From a virus: a stretch of DNA of 64,000 bases. The position numbers and the translations under genes are program-made. The notes beneath the pieces were generated by a model, which saw only the letters and a program-made list of their open reading frames with translations, did no database searches and was not told the DNA's origin. This document shows positions 28,905 to 38,409 of the stretch, in pieces (the first letter of the stretch is position 1; every line of letters begins with the position of its first letter). The stretch is from positions 278,014 to 342,013 of IMG/VR virus record IMGVR_UViG_3300028558_000016; one strand, 5' to 3'.

Positions 28905-29280
28905 TTCCATGACTTTAAGAAGTATATAGCTTTAAATAACCAACACAGTCATGGCCAAAGCAAAAGCAGCCTCCACCAACTCAGTAAGGGCTTTAAACAG
29001 TTCAAAGAAGAACAGACCCGGAGTTCATTCCAAAAAGAAGAATTCAAGTCTTAAATCATCTAAAAACTATAAAAAGGCATATAGAGGACAGGGTAGATGA
29101 AACATTGTTTTGAGATTAGGGTATAGCTTTAGAAGGTTGCATCCAGCAAAAACAACTATCGTCTATGGCTTCGGCCTTCGATGATCCTACGACCTAAGCA
29201 ATCTGTGTTAGTTTCATTTGTTTTATTTTTATTAAAAGTGTAAGAGTCCAGGCCCCGTAAGGCCTGGATTTCTTATTTTT
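28905..29280 (+). ncRNA. Candidate structured non-coding RNA region
   Basis: About 370 nt without a credible ORF. Contains a GGCttcgGCC UUCG-tetraloop hairpin and ends in the strong hairpin TCCAGGCCccgtaaGGCCTGGA plus a U-run (29246-29275). Confidence 0.25.
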
Positions 29281-29299
29281 CTTATAAGTAGATTATTGG

Positions 29300-29307
29300 T
29301 ATATTTG
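29300..29307 (+). promoter_or_regulatory. Promoter -7 box TATATTTG (TATATTTGCA class), near-leaderless
   Basis: Exact Bacteroidota -7 consensus 7 nt upstream of the ATG at 29315. Confidence 0.45.
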
Positions 29308-29314
29308 CATTATA

Positions 29315-30472
29315 ATGCAGATACCTAAAGACATAGCAGAAATTCAACAAAAATTCATCGCCGCTGGAAAAGAAATTTTCCTCGTTGGTGGATGTGTTCG
29401 TGATTTCAAGCTTGGTCTTGAGCCCAAAGATTTGGACATGGCAACCAATGCCTTTCCAGAAGAAATTGAAACCATCCTCAAAGGAGTTGAGATGGACCTT
29501 ACAGGCAAAAGTTTTGGAGTCATGCGGGTTCGCAGTGAGTTCGATCCAAACGGATACGAAATTGCCACATACAGAGAAGATGAGAGTGCTGGAAGAAAAC
29601 CGACCGTAAAGATCGGATCAACCATGGAAAACGATGCGTGGAGAAGAGACTTCACGATCAACGCTCTTTACTATGATATTTCCAACAAGACTATAATTGA
29701 TCACACTGGCGGGCTCAATGATTTAGAAAACAAAATCATTCGTGCTTGTGGCGATCCTGCGAAAAGAATTAACGATGATGCTTTGAGAATGCTTAGGGCA
29801 GTTCGTTTCAAAAATACTATTGGTGGAACTATTGATGTTGACTTGCATAATGCAATGTTGGCCAATCCTGTTTTACAAGGTCCAGACAAAGATGGAAATA
29901 TAGTACCAATATCACAGGAGAGAATAGCTGAGGAATTCCTTAAAGGTCTTTCCAAAAGCTACAACATGGATCTCGTTGACCAATATGTGAAAGATTTAAT
30001 GACATACCAATTTCTTGGACAAGTGTTCAGAGGACTTCACGTAAATGATAATTTTACATGCAACTCAAGAAAGCCTGAGATAATGATTGCGGATCTTTTA
30101 CGTTTTAATACGAATCACAAGGATTTATTTAATAAGCTTGTTTATGATTGCAAATTCAGTATTGATATTGCCGAAGGAGTTATTTTTCTTTTGAGCCTTG
30201 AAGATATTGATGAGGACAAAGTGTACAAGCTAAGAAAAAGAATGGACAGCAAAACCAAATTAAATAAGGATGATCTTATTATTTATTCAGGTTTAATGGT
30301 AGAGAATGGAATGATTGGAAGAGTTGCTTATGTACATGCATTCACTAAATATTCCATAACAACAAGCGGAGATGAATTAAAAGAAAAGGAAGGATTTGTT
30401 GATGGAGCAGAACTTGGAGCAGAGATAGCAAAAAGAGAGAAAAACAATTTTTTAAAAATATTTACACAATGA
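29315..30472 (+). CDS. cca: tRNA nucleotidyltransferase (CCA-adding enzyme / poly(A) polymerase head-domain family)
   Basis: FLVGGCVRDFKLGLEPKDLDMAT (GGxVRD...DxD) and RRDFTINALYYD motifs of class II CCA enzymes. Confidence 0.75.
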   Translation: MQIPKDIAEIQQKFIAAGKEIFLVGGCVRDFKLGLEPKDLDMATNAFPEEIETILKGVEMDLTGKSFGVMRVRSEFDPNGYEIATYREDESAGRKPTVKIGSTMENDAWRRDFTINALYYDISNKTIIDHTGGLNDLENKIIRACGDPAKRINDDALRMLRAVRFKNTIGGTIDVDLHNAMLANPVLQGPDKDGNIVPISQERIAEEFLKGLSKSYNMDLVDQYVKDLMTYQFLGQVFRGLHVNDNFTCNSRKPEIMIADLLRFNTNHKDLFNKLVYDCKFSIDIAEGVIFLLSLEDIDEDKVYKLRKRMDSKTKLNKDDLIIYSGLMVENGMIGRVAYVHAFTKYSITTSGDELKEKEGFVDGAELGAEIAKREKNNFLKIFTQ

Positions 30473-31161
30473 ACGAATCAAAAGACTTAAAAAGTTTAAT
30501 AGCATCCTTGCAGGAAGGAAGCGAGTTTTGTGATTTCATGATAACAAAGCTTCTTCACATGGATGGGTCCACCGATGCCGATCTTAAAAAAGATTACAGA
30601 AAACTCTTTAAAGAAGGAGGAGCTGATGCTTTTAAAGATGACATGAAAAATGGAAAGAAATTAAAGTATACAGAAGAAGAGCTTGAAATGATCGAGGAAA
30701 AAATAAATGAAATTTTTCCAGAAGGTCATGAGCCACTCACAACAACAATGATACCATTCGGTTTTTATCTTGGACAATTATTAAGAAAGAAGATACCAGG
30801 TGCTGAATGGAAAGTGACAGATGAGGTTAACAAGAAAAACAGTATATGGGATGTCTTTATTGAATTTAAAAATTCTGACGGATATACCATGCAGGCTAAA
30901 CCGTTCATGCGCGTTGATAAATTTTGGAGAAGGAGAGAAGATAAGATGTCAGCATTCGTTAAGATGATTGAAATGACATCTGAAATTAAAATGGATCCTG
31001 AGTATTGGAATAAACGCGCAGATGATGAAGGTTGGATTGAAACCGCTAACGAAATGTCGTTCAGGGTTTTTCAAGGAAGCAAGAAAGATAAAATAGATGG
31101 AGATTTCTCTAAAGCAAAGGGAATGTTTCATAACGGAAAATTTGGAGATGGAAAATATTAA
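30469..31161 (+). CDS. Hypothetical protein
   Basis: ORF with ATGA junction; no motif recognised. Confidence 0.45.
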   Translation: MNESKDLKSLIASLQEGSEFCDFMITKLLHMDGSTDADLKKDYRKLFKEGGADAFKDDMKNGKKLKYTEEELEMIEEKINEIFPEGHEPLTTTMIPFGFYLGQLLRKKIPGAEWKVTDEVNKKNSIWDVFIEFKNSDGYTMQAKPFMRVDKFWRRREDKMSAFVKMIEMTSEIKMDPEYWNKRADDEGWIETANEMSFRVFQGSKKDKIDGDFSKAKGMFHNGKFGDGKY

Positions 31162-32488
31162 TAAAATAAAAGACATACACTCGAGTGATGCCTATGGAAT
31201 TCTGGTAGAGACTGGATGTGGTCTTGCGGTATCTAATGAATTGCTTGAAGTCAGCGGTGCATCTAATACGGTTTATTTTGCTGAATGTCCATACAGCAAG
31301 GAATATCAAACATTCAAGTATGGCGAAACCAATGCGAGAGCGGTTTCAATGGAAAACATAAAGCACATAATGAATTATCATAAAGCTTTAGATAAACCAG
31401 AAAACGTTAACTTCATTTATGCTTCATCCTTTCAAGTAGGAGAACACAACGATAAATCAACTCATGGATGGATAGGTCTTTCATTAAAAGAAGATGACAG
31501 ACGTTATTTCCACATCTCAATACATGAGTCATTAACACGAAAACAATACATCGATAAAATATCTAAGATAGGAATTGACATTTTACATTTTTACATAAAC
31601 AAATCAACTGGTACAAATTTCATACCGAGCAATTGTTGCATTGACATAGTACTTAATGGAAAAGGTGAACAGGTCAATTTAACTGATATGTTTGTTTCTC
31701 TTAGATATGAAGACGATGAAAACTTCTTATGCTTCAAAGAAGGAAAATTAGTTAGAATGGAAGATCTTTTCAGAGATCAAAAGAACATAGTATTATTCAA
31801 GGGAAGCTTTAATCCAATCCATGCCGCTCACATACACACTGCACAATTAGCAAAGGATGAATATGGAATTGAACCTGTGTTTGTTATTAGTTCTTCAGTG
31901 TATCAAAAAGGATGGATAGAACCTGAGGATCTTAAGAACCGAGTGGAAACATTAAACGAACTTGGCTATCCTGTTATAATAACTAAAGATGGTTACTTTA
32001 ACAAGAACACGTCCTATATTAGACGTAAATTCAAACAACCTTTGATATACGTAGTTGGTTCGGATACATTAAACAGAATATTGGAAAGCTCATATAACAT
32101 TTTAAATCCAGAACTTAGCGAGAGATATAATCATTACGTCAATCAATTGATTTCCATGAAGCCTGAGAATGAACTGATAACAGACGAAGAATTGGATGAA
32201 ATAGAAAAAATGGCATTACAACATTATTTAAGAAGATTCAAAGAGGATTTCAAAGATGTAAAATTCTTCGTTGTAAATAGACCAGGGAGCGAATTGCACG
32301 AAGATGCAAAACGAATAGAAGAATTTTATTCAATGGTTGAAGAACATCCTGAGTATTTCCATATAAGCTCAACTAAAATTCGTGCCATGCTTATAGCTGG
32401 AGATTATGAGACAATTAAAAAATTGATACCAGAAAAAATATTTGAAAAGTATATTAACCAAAAAACAAACAACCATGTCAACAACTAA
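31148..32488 (+). CDS. Fusion of a CinA/PncC-like (NMN deamidase-like) domain and NMN/NaMN adenylyltransferase
   Basis: N-terminal domain VETGCGLAVSNELLEVSGASNTVYFAECPYSKEYQ parallels the PncC segment [35 protein letters not shown]. C-terminal domain GSFNPIHAAH is the (H/T)xGH nucleotidyltransferase motif. Confidence 0.55.
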   Translation: MENINKIKDIHSSDAYGILVETGCGLAVSNELLEVSGASNTVYFAECPYSKEYQTFKYGETNARAVSMENIKHIMNYHKALDKPENVNFIYASSFQVGEHNDKSTHGWIGLSLKEDDRRYFHISIHESLTRKQYIDKISKIGIDILHFYINKSTGTNFIPSNCCIDIVLNGKGEQVNLTDMFVSLRYEDDENFLCFKEGKLVRMEDLFRDQKNIVLFKGSFNPIHAAHIHTAQLAKDEYGIEPVFVISSSVYQKGWIEPEDLKNRVETLNELGYPVIITKDGYFNKNTSYIRRKFKQPLIYVVGSDTLNRILESSYNILNPELSERYNHYVNQLISMKPENELITDEELDEIEKMALQHYLRRFKEDFKDVKFFVVNRPGSELHEDAKRIEEFYSMVEEHPEYFHISSTKIRAMLIAGDYETIKKLIPEKIFEKYINQKTNNHVNN

Positions 32489-32774
32489 AACAAAAAAGTC
32501 AAAGAAAGAAAAAATTGAAATCAACAACTTCACAATCCATCGTTCGATGGGAGAGAGTTTTGATTGGAAAAAACTCGATCTTAAAAAGAAACACATTGAA
32601 GCTCTTAATGAAATAGGAAATTCAGGAAAGTTAAAAGGCAAAAAAATAACCATCAGCGAATACTTTGAAAGGTATCTTAATGGAAAAGGTCTTAAACACG
32701 AAGTGACATCTATGAAATCCAATAACATGGAATTTACAGACACGCTTTTAATAACAAGAGTTAAAGTAAATTAA
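32475..32774 (+). CDS. Hypothetical basic protein
   Basis: ATG 32475 (MSTTKTKK) is the more plausible start than the track start 32442. Confidence 0.4.
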   Translation: MSTTKTKKSKKEKIEINNFTIHRSMGESFDWKKLDLKKKHIEALNEIGNSGKLKGKKITISEYFERYLNGKGLKHEVTSMKSNNMEFTDTLLITRVKVN

Positions 32775-32784
32775 AAATTAAAAC

Positions 32785-33144
32785 ATGGCAGCTTTTTACA
32801 TATTGTTAGGAGTTATGTGTGGAGTAGTTGGAATTTTCATATTCGGTTATTATGCTTCAAAGAAGGATAACAAAAAATTTGATGCAACCGAAACAATGAA
32901 TAAAACTGTAACTGAAAGCTCAGGCCCAATTTGGCCTGAGCCTGGTTACATGAGCGAACCTATATGGCAATCAACAAGGATTGAAACAACGTTCGTCAAT
33001 GCTGGAAAAGGTTCAGAAAAAAAGTCAGACAAGAATGCAAAAGAAAAACCTCTTGAAGACCAATTGAAAGAAGCTCTTGAAAATGAATGGTACGAAAAGG
33101 CTGCAGAAATTAGAGATAAAATTAATAACGCTAAAACCAAATAA
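32785..33144 (+). CDS. Membrane-anchored protein with C-terminal UVR-like motif
   Basis: N-terminal TM helix; C-terminus LEDQLKEALENEWYEKAAEIRDKI resembles the UvrB/UvrC UVR motif. Paralogous to the C-terminus of ORF 47966. Confidence 0.4.
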   Translation: MAAFYILLGVMCGVVGIFIFGYYASKKDNKKFDATETMNKTVTESSGPIWPEPGYMSEPIWQSTRIETTFVNAGKGSEKKSDKNAKEKPLEDQLKEALENEWYEKAAEIRDKINNAKTK

Positions 33145-33990
33145 ATGTATAACATAAAATACCCGGTCGCATTCCACCCAGTGGATATGGCCATAACAAG
33201 AATACACGAAGGAAGAATACAAGTTCTCCTTGCGCAAAAAGTAAAAGACACAGAAGGTGGAGCTAACATTGTTAGATTCCCTGGAGGTTTCCTTGATGTG
33301 TGTGACTCGTGTGCTGAAGAAGCAGCATTGAGAGAAGCAATGGAAGAAACAGGAATGAGATTTGGAAACTCTGCTATGGCAGATTATTTCATCGGATACT
33401 TTGCTAAGAAGAAACCATTTACCGATAAGTTGAACAAACTTATAGAATCAAACGGTGATGCAAAGGAAATAACTGAAACCATCAACCAATTGCATGCAAT
33501 CAAAATATCCGATGATGCTTTAGCATGGTTGAGAACAAGAACAACTTACATTGGTTCAACTAAGATTGATGATGCAAGATATGCTGACACAGATCACAAA
33601 GTAATCACAAGCTTTTATGAGCTACATCCAAATCCAAAATTCGATAAGGATGGTGAAGGTCCATTTGATGACATCGCAAGAACAAAATGGTTTTTCCTTT
33701 CAGACATTAAAGAAGAAATCATGCACAAGTCGCATGTTCCATTGTTCAACATGTTATTTGAAAAATACAAAGCAGAGAGACTTGCAGACAACGTGTTTAA
33801 CGCTGCTGAAGAGGTATTCAAATCAACAGAGGAAATGTTCAACACCTTCAAAAAAGAAACTGATGAGATTTTTGATGGAATAAAAAAGAAAATGCCTGAA
33901 TACGAAAAGAAAGTGGATGAAGCAATGCAAGGCATGGGAAAGAAAATGGATAAGTTCTTTAGCGGTTTAGAAGATATTTTAAAATCTTAA
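33145..33990 (+). CDS. Nudix hydrolase with C-terminal helical extension
   Basis: GGFLDVCDSCAEEAALREAMEETGM contains a Nudix-box-like REAMEETGM (REUxEExGU). Confidence 0.6.
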   Translation: MYNIKYPVAFHPVDMAITRIHEGRIQVLLAQKVKDTEGGANIVRFPGGFLDVCDSCAEEAALREAMEETGMRFGNSAMADYFIGYFAKKKPFTDKLNKLIESNGDAKEITETINQLHAIKISDDALAWLRTRTTYIGSTKIDDARYADTDHKVITSFYELHPNPKFDKDGEGPFDDIARTKWFFLSDIKEEIMHKSHVPLFNMLFEKYKAERLADNVFNAAEEVFKSTEEMFNTFKKETDEIFDGIKKKMPEYEKKVDEAMQGMGKKMDKFFSGLEDILKS

Positions 33991-33993
33991 ATC

Positions 33994-34269
33994 ATGATAG
34001 ACATCACAAAACTAACAGATGAGGATAAGGACCGTTGGGTTGCTTATACTGGAAAAGGACCCGACAATGAAGAAGTTGGAGCCATAAGTTCTTGGAACGA
34101 CAAATTCATTTTTGTTAAGTATGTTTCAGGACAAGGTGGAACAGATAATGGAGTCGCTACAAAGCCAGAAGATCTAAGGTTCTTGTCAGAGGAAGAAGAG
34201 GAAGATCTTCCTGAATATTTGAATGCGCTTGAAGAAATGGAAGACGATGAAAACGAAGAAGAAAATTAA
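33994..34269 (+). CDS. Small acidic protein
   Basis: C-terminal Glu/Asp run. Confidence 0.35.
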   Translation: MIDITKLTDEDKDRWVAYTGKGPDNEEVGAISSWNDKFIFVKYVSGQGGTDNGVATKPEDLRFLSEEEEEDLPEYLNALEEMEDDENEEEN

Positions 34270-34287
34270 CGTAATAAAAACAACAAC

Positions 34288-36081
34288 ATGAAAAGATCAA
34301 CTAAACATTTCGGAGATTATTCCGATGCGGAGTTAAAAAGCATGAGTCCTGAGCAACTCATTGCTATCATCTTGGAAGGTCAGAACGATGATAACTTCAT
34401 CATCATGACAGACTCTTACAAAATGACTCATCACCTGCTTTATCCTAATGGATTAAGAAGGGTTTACTCATATATGGAACCACGCGGCGGCGAAATGCCT
34501 TACACCGTATTCTTTGGATTGCAGTATTACATCAAAAGGTATCTTGCTGGAAGAAGAATCACCAAAGAGAAAATCGAAGATGCACGTCAAGCAAACATTG
34601 CACACTTTGGATTTGATTGCTTTGATGATACAATGTGGTATCACATATTAAATAAGCACGATGGTAAACTTCCATTGAGAATTAAAGCTATTCCTGAAGG
34701 AACTCCGATCGCTGTTAAGAATATCGTGATGGATATGGAAAACTTAGACCTTGATAATTGTGCAGCATTGACAAACATCACAGAAACATTGTTAATGAAA
34801 ATCTGGGCAACATGTACTGTCGCAGCTTACAATAGAATCATCAAGGAATTAATAACAAAGAATCACGCGATCACTTCAGACCTTCCAGCATTCTTGATTG
34901 ATTACATGCACCATGATTTTGGTTACAGAGGAACTTCATCAGAAGAGACTGCACGCTTAATGGCTGCGGCTGCAATGACAAGTTTTAAAGGAACTGACAC
35001 AATGGGCGGTTTAAGCTTAATCAAGAAATATTATTCTCCTGATGGAGCAACATGGTCTGAATGCATGGCAGGTTTCTCTGTTATTGCGTCTGAACACTCA
35101 GTTGTTTGTTCATACGGTGGAAGACACAAAGAAGCGAAATCATACCTTGACATTATAAACAAGGTTAAGAACCATCCTAAAATTAAGATAGCAAAACCAT
35201 TGAGCGGAGTAATTATTCTATCTTTGGTGTCTGACACTTATAACATCTACAATGTGTCTAAGAAAATTCTTAAACAATTGGAAAAAGAATTTATTGGATG
35301 GACAAACGATAACGGCATTCCAATTAAGATTGTTATTCGTCCTGACTCGGGAGTTCCTGCTAACGTGTTATTTGGATATAACGATGTTGTTAAAGGAATG
35401 GTTGCTGACAAAGATGCTTTAGCAGTAGCACCAATCGACCTTTGCAAAAGAGTTGCAGATGACATGTCGATAACTTTAGAAGAAGGAACAGAGCTTGTGA
35501 CCAAAGGAGTATTTGAAATACTGTTCGATGAATTTGGATCAACAACAAACACTAAAGGTTACAGAGTATTCCATCCACAAATAGGAGTATTACAAGGTGA
35601 TGGCGTTAAGTATACTGTCATCGATGAATTCCATGAGATCATGAAAACGAAAGAATACATGATAGACATCATGATGCTTGTTGTTGGTTCAGGCGGAAAA
35701 AATCTACAGGCTCACGATCGTGATGAACAAAAATGGGCAATCAAAGCAACTGAGGTTGGCATCGATAATGACTCAGTAATGGGTGGTATAGAAACAGTTC
35801 AAATAGAAAAAAATCCAATCACAGATCCTGGAAAGAAATCTAAAAAAGGAGATCTTAAGCTTGGCAAGAAAATGCTTAAGGTAGGCCCTGATTACGATTT
35901 CACAAAAGAATGGATGAACTTTAAAACCTTCCAAGAAGGTGAAGAAGGATTTGATACTGTAACAAACCTTTTAGTTCCTGTATTTGAAATGGGAGAAATC
36001 CTCGTTGAATACGATTTTGAAGAAGTGAGAGCGAACAGTGCGGTAGTATATCCTCAAATTAAAAAAACGGCTTTAGCCTAA
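34288..36081 (+). CDS. nadV: Nicotinamide phosphoribosyltransferase (NadV/NAMPT)
   Basis: FIIMTDSYKMTHHLLYPNGLRRVYSYMEPRGG closely parallels the NAMPT segment [31 protein letters not shown]; 597 aa. Confidence 0.85.
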   Translation: MKRSTKHFGDYSDAELKSMSPEQLIAIILEGQNDDNFIIMTDSYKMTHHLLYPNGLRRVYSYMEPRGGEMPYTVFFGLQYYIKRYLAGRRITKEKIEDARQANIAHFGFDCFDDTMWYHILNKHDGKLPLRIKAIPEGTPIAVKNIVMDMENLDLDNCAALTNITETLLMKIWATCTVAAYNRIIKELITKNHAITSDLPAFLIDYMHHDFGYRGTSSEETARLMAAAAMTSFKGTDTMGGLSLIKKYYSPDGATWSECMAGFSVIASEHSVVCSYGGRHKEAKSYLDIINKVKNHPKIKIAKPLSGVIILSLVSDTYNIYNVSKKILKQLEKEFIGWTNDNGIPIKIVIRPDSGVPANVLFGYNDVVKGMVADKDALAVAPIDLCKRVADDMSITLEEGTELVTKGVFEILFDEFGSTTNTKGYRVFHPQIGVLQGDGVKYTVIDEFHEIMKTKEYMIDIMMLVVGSGGKNLQAHDRDEQKWAIKATEVGIDNDSVMGGIETVQIEKNPITDPGKKSKKGDLKLGKKMLKVGPDYDFTKEWMNFKTFQEGEEGFDTVTNLLVPVFEMGEILVEYDFEEVRANSAVVYPQIKKTALA

Positions 36082-36082
36082 T

Positions 36083-36562
36083 ATGGAAAAACAAGTAAAA
36101 ATATCTCAGTCTGTTGCCATCTTGATTGATGGCAACAACATTGAGATCAGCATACATAAGGATGCAGAGAAAGATAACGTGATGTGTGATTTCGATAATC
36201 TCGTTCCCAAGCTTATTGGCGACAGATCATTAAATCGCTTGGTGTACTTCAGAGAAGGAAAAAGCATCTCGCCTAAATTGGCAGACAGACTCCATAAATT
36301 ATTTTATGGAGTTGTTAAGCCATGCAGGAAGAATGCTGACATTCGTTTAACCATTGAAGCCATACAACTTGCAAACAAAGTGGACACAATAATAATTATG
36401 AGTGGAGATTCTGATTACATTGAGCTTGTTCAACATTTGCAATCACAGGGATTAAGAGTTGAAATAGCCGGAGTCCAATCAAGCACTTCAAAGTCATTGA
36501 TTGAAGCGGCCGATTTCTTCCATCCAATAACTAAAGACGATTGGTTCACATTTAAAAATTAA
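36083..36562 (+). CDS. NYN/LabA-like domain protein (predicted RNase fold)
   Basis: VAILIDGNNIEIS at the N-terminus and IIMSGDSDYIELV...GLRVEIAGV. Confidence 0.6.
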   Translation: MEKQVKISQSVAILIDGNNIEISIHKDAEKDNVMCDFDNLVPKLIGDRSLNRLVYFREGKSISPKLADRLHKLFYGVVKPCRKNADIRLTIEAIQLANKVDTIIIMSGDSDYIELVQHLQSQGLRVEIAGVQSSTSKSLIEAADFFHPITKDDWFTFKN

Positions 36563-36567
36563 TTGAA

Positions 36568-36885
36568 ATGAAGCAAGACGAAGAAGAAGACCAAATCATT
36601 TGTATTTGTTCAAAAGAAAATTCGGCTCATACCATTGGTATAAGAGTTCCATGCCGTGGTCCAGGCTGTAATGCTCAGCTTTGGCTGAGTGACAGCACTA
36701 TTAATAGAATTAAAAAGGAAAAAACGGATGTTGATTTAACGAAAACACCTCCTACCCCATTGTGTATGGATTGTGGATTGAAGGCTTTGAAAAATTCAAA
36801 GGATTTTAAAATAGCTCCACCAACCACCGAACAGATGGAAGAAATATTAAAGGCAATGACAGAAATCGATGCTCAACAAAGATGA
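36568..36885 (+). CDS. Cys-rich zinc-binding protein
   Basis: CICS...CRGPGC...CMDC cysteine clusters. Confidence 0.45.
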   Translation: MKQDEEEDQIICICSKENSAHTIGIRVPCRGPGCNAQLWLSDSTINRIKKEKTDVDLTKTPPTPLCMDCGLKALKNSKDFKIAPPTTEQMEEILKAMTEIDAQQR

Positions 36886-37501
36886 CATAATCAAAGCAGC
36901 AGGAGTCCATCCATTAAAGGTTAAAAACATTTACGTGTTTGGATCTCGGGTATATGGAACCGCAACAGCGGACTCTGACTATGACATCATTGTTGTTGCT
37001 AATTCCATGGATGAAAAGAGAGAAGTTGTTTATAAGGATCTCAATATCCATATTCATACTCCAGATAAATTCATTAGAGATCTCAAACAGCTTGACATGC
37101 ATAACCTCGAGTGCATCTTTGCTCCAGAAGGAGCAAAGATATTGGAAAAAGTAAATTATGTCGATGCTAATTTTAAGATCAATCCAGACCAAATGAAATA
37201 TGCTGCAATGAGCCAATCATTCAACAGGTTTCACACGGCCAAGGTGAAAATTCTCGATGGAGATTTTCACAGAGGAATTAAAAGCTTATTTCATTCATTA
37301 AGGATATTATTGTTTTCGATGCAAATACTTCGTAATGGAAGGATCGATGATTTTTCAGAAGCTAACAAATTTTGGGCCGACATCAAGATAGACATTCAAC
37401 TTACAAAAAATATCACCAACGAGGAAGAGATGTGGAGATATTTCAAAGATAAATATCTTCCACAAAAAATTGAATTAGAAAAACGATTAAAAGAAATGTA
37501 A
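36869..37501 (+). CDS. Minimal nucleotidyltransferase (MNT/KNTase-like) with C-terminal helical domain carrying an Rx6H HEPN-like motif
   Basis: YVFGSRVYGTATADSDYDIIVV is the GS...D.D nucleotidyltransferase motif. RGIKSLFH fits R(x4-6)H. Confidence 0.5.
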   Translation: MLNKDDIIKAAGVHPLKVKNIYVFGSRVYGTATADSDYDIIVVANSMDEKREVVYKDLNIHIHTPDKFIRDLKQLDMHNLECIFAPEGAKILEKVNYVDANFKINPDQMKYAAMSQSFNRFHTAKVKILDGDFHRGIKSLFHSLRILLFSMQILRNGRIDDFSEANKFWADIKIDIQLTKNITNEEEMWRYFKDKYLPQKIELEKRLKEM

Positions 37502-37502
37502 T

Positions 37503-37904
37503 ATGAGAGTATTAGTAATGGGACCACCTGAAAAAGAGTCCATCAAAAAAGTAAAAGAATTCGCAGAGAGCCATGTTTTAAACTTCGATGATCTGCTTGA
37601 TATTAAAAATGGCGCTGAACCTTTTGTTGGAAACAGAAAAGGACATTCTTGTATCATCCCGCAAGATTTCAGAATTGTGTTTTCTGTTGAAATGCATCCA
37701 AGAAAAGATGGAAAAGGATTCACAAAATTAAGAGTGATGTCGATGTCAGTTCCTGCTGAGGGAAAACTTCCGAGTGTTGAAGCCGTTCAAATGGTTTTAC
37801 CTGAGCTTGGATTCACTTCAAAATTTGAAGACTCTTATGTTACAATGGAGAATGATGCAAAAGGAGAACCTGTTGCCATAGTAGTAATGGAAGAATTCAA
37901 ATAG
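37503..37904 (+). CDS. Hypothetical protein
   Basis: ORF; no motif recognised. Confidence 0.4.
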   Translation: MRVLVMGPPEKESIKKVKEFAESHVLNFDDLLDIKNGAEPFVGNRKGHSCIIPQDFRIVFSVEMHPRKDGKGFTKLRVMSMSVPAEGKLPSVEAVQMVLPELGFTSKFEDSYVTMENDAKGEPVAIVVMEEFK

Positions 37905-37905
37905 A

Positions 37906-38409
37906 ATGAGACCTATAGATCATAACGACACCTTATTGTACTTTGAAGAAGAAACTGGTTTTCTTTATAAGAAGAAGAAATATAGCGGCGCAGATTATTT
38001 TTCTCCGTTAAATTTTTGTACTTTAGAGTGTACACCTAAAAAAGATAATCATGGCAACACAATTAACACCGTCAAAGAAGCAATTCAAGAACATACAGGA
38101 AATATACAACTACGCAGAGAACCAAAACGACAACCTGCACGTTGGGGACTTAGACCATACGTCAGCCTGCGAGATAGAACACCGAGACGGGTCCAAGTTT
38201 TATTTAACCAATGTTCACATGGAATTGGTACGGTTCACAACAAAAACATTCGACGAAACTGTGTACATAGCATACTCGGAACATCACCAACCACTCGTGT
38301 ATATGGAATCGGACCTCGTGTCAGAACCAAAAATAATCCCATTAGGAAAGAAGAAGCTCGTAAAAAAGAAATAAGATTTCCAATATCACATGGGACGAGA
38401 AAATTTTAA
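37906..38409 (+). CDS. Hypothetical protein; ambiguous frame (ORF 38051..38374 in the +1 frame looks more protein-like downstream of about 38050)
   Basis: The first roughly 50 codons look genuine, then the frame becomes Arg-rich and atypical. The overlapping +1 frame has normal composition, and an A-rich heptamer ccuAAAAAAg sits at the junction. Confidence 0.3.
   Translation: MRPIDHNDTLLYFEEETGFLYKKKKYSGADYFSPLNFCTLECTPKKDNHGNTINTVKEAIQEHTGNIQLRREPKRQPARWGLRPYVSLRDRTPRRVQVLFNQCSHGIGTVHNKNIRRNCVHSILGTSPTTRVYGIGPRVRTKNNPIRKEEARKKEIRFPISHGTRKF

Noticed and set aside
28833-29054. ORF 28833..29054 in the long intergenic region.
   Set aside because: Atypical Gln/His/Ser-rich composition, no partner genes, and it lies inside a region with terminator-like hairpins. 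More likely non-coding.
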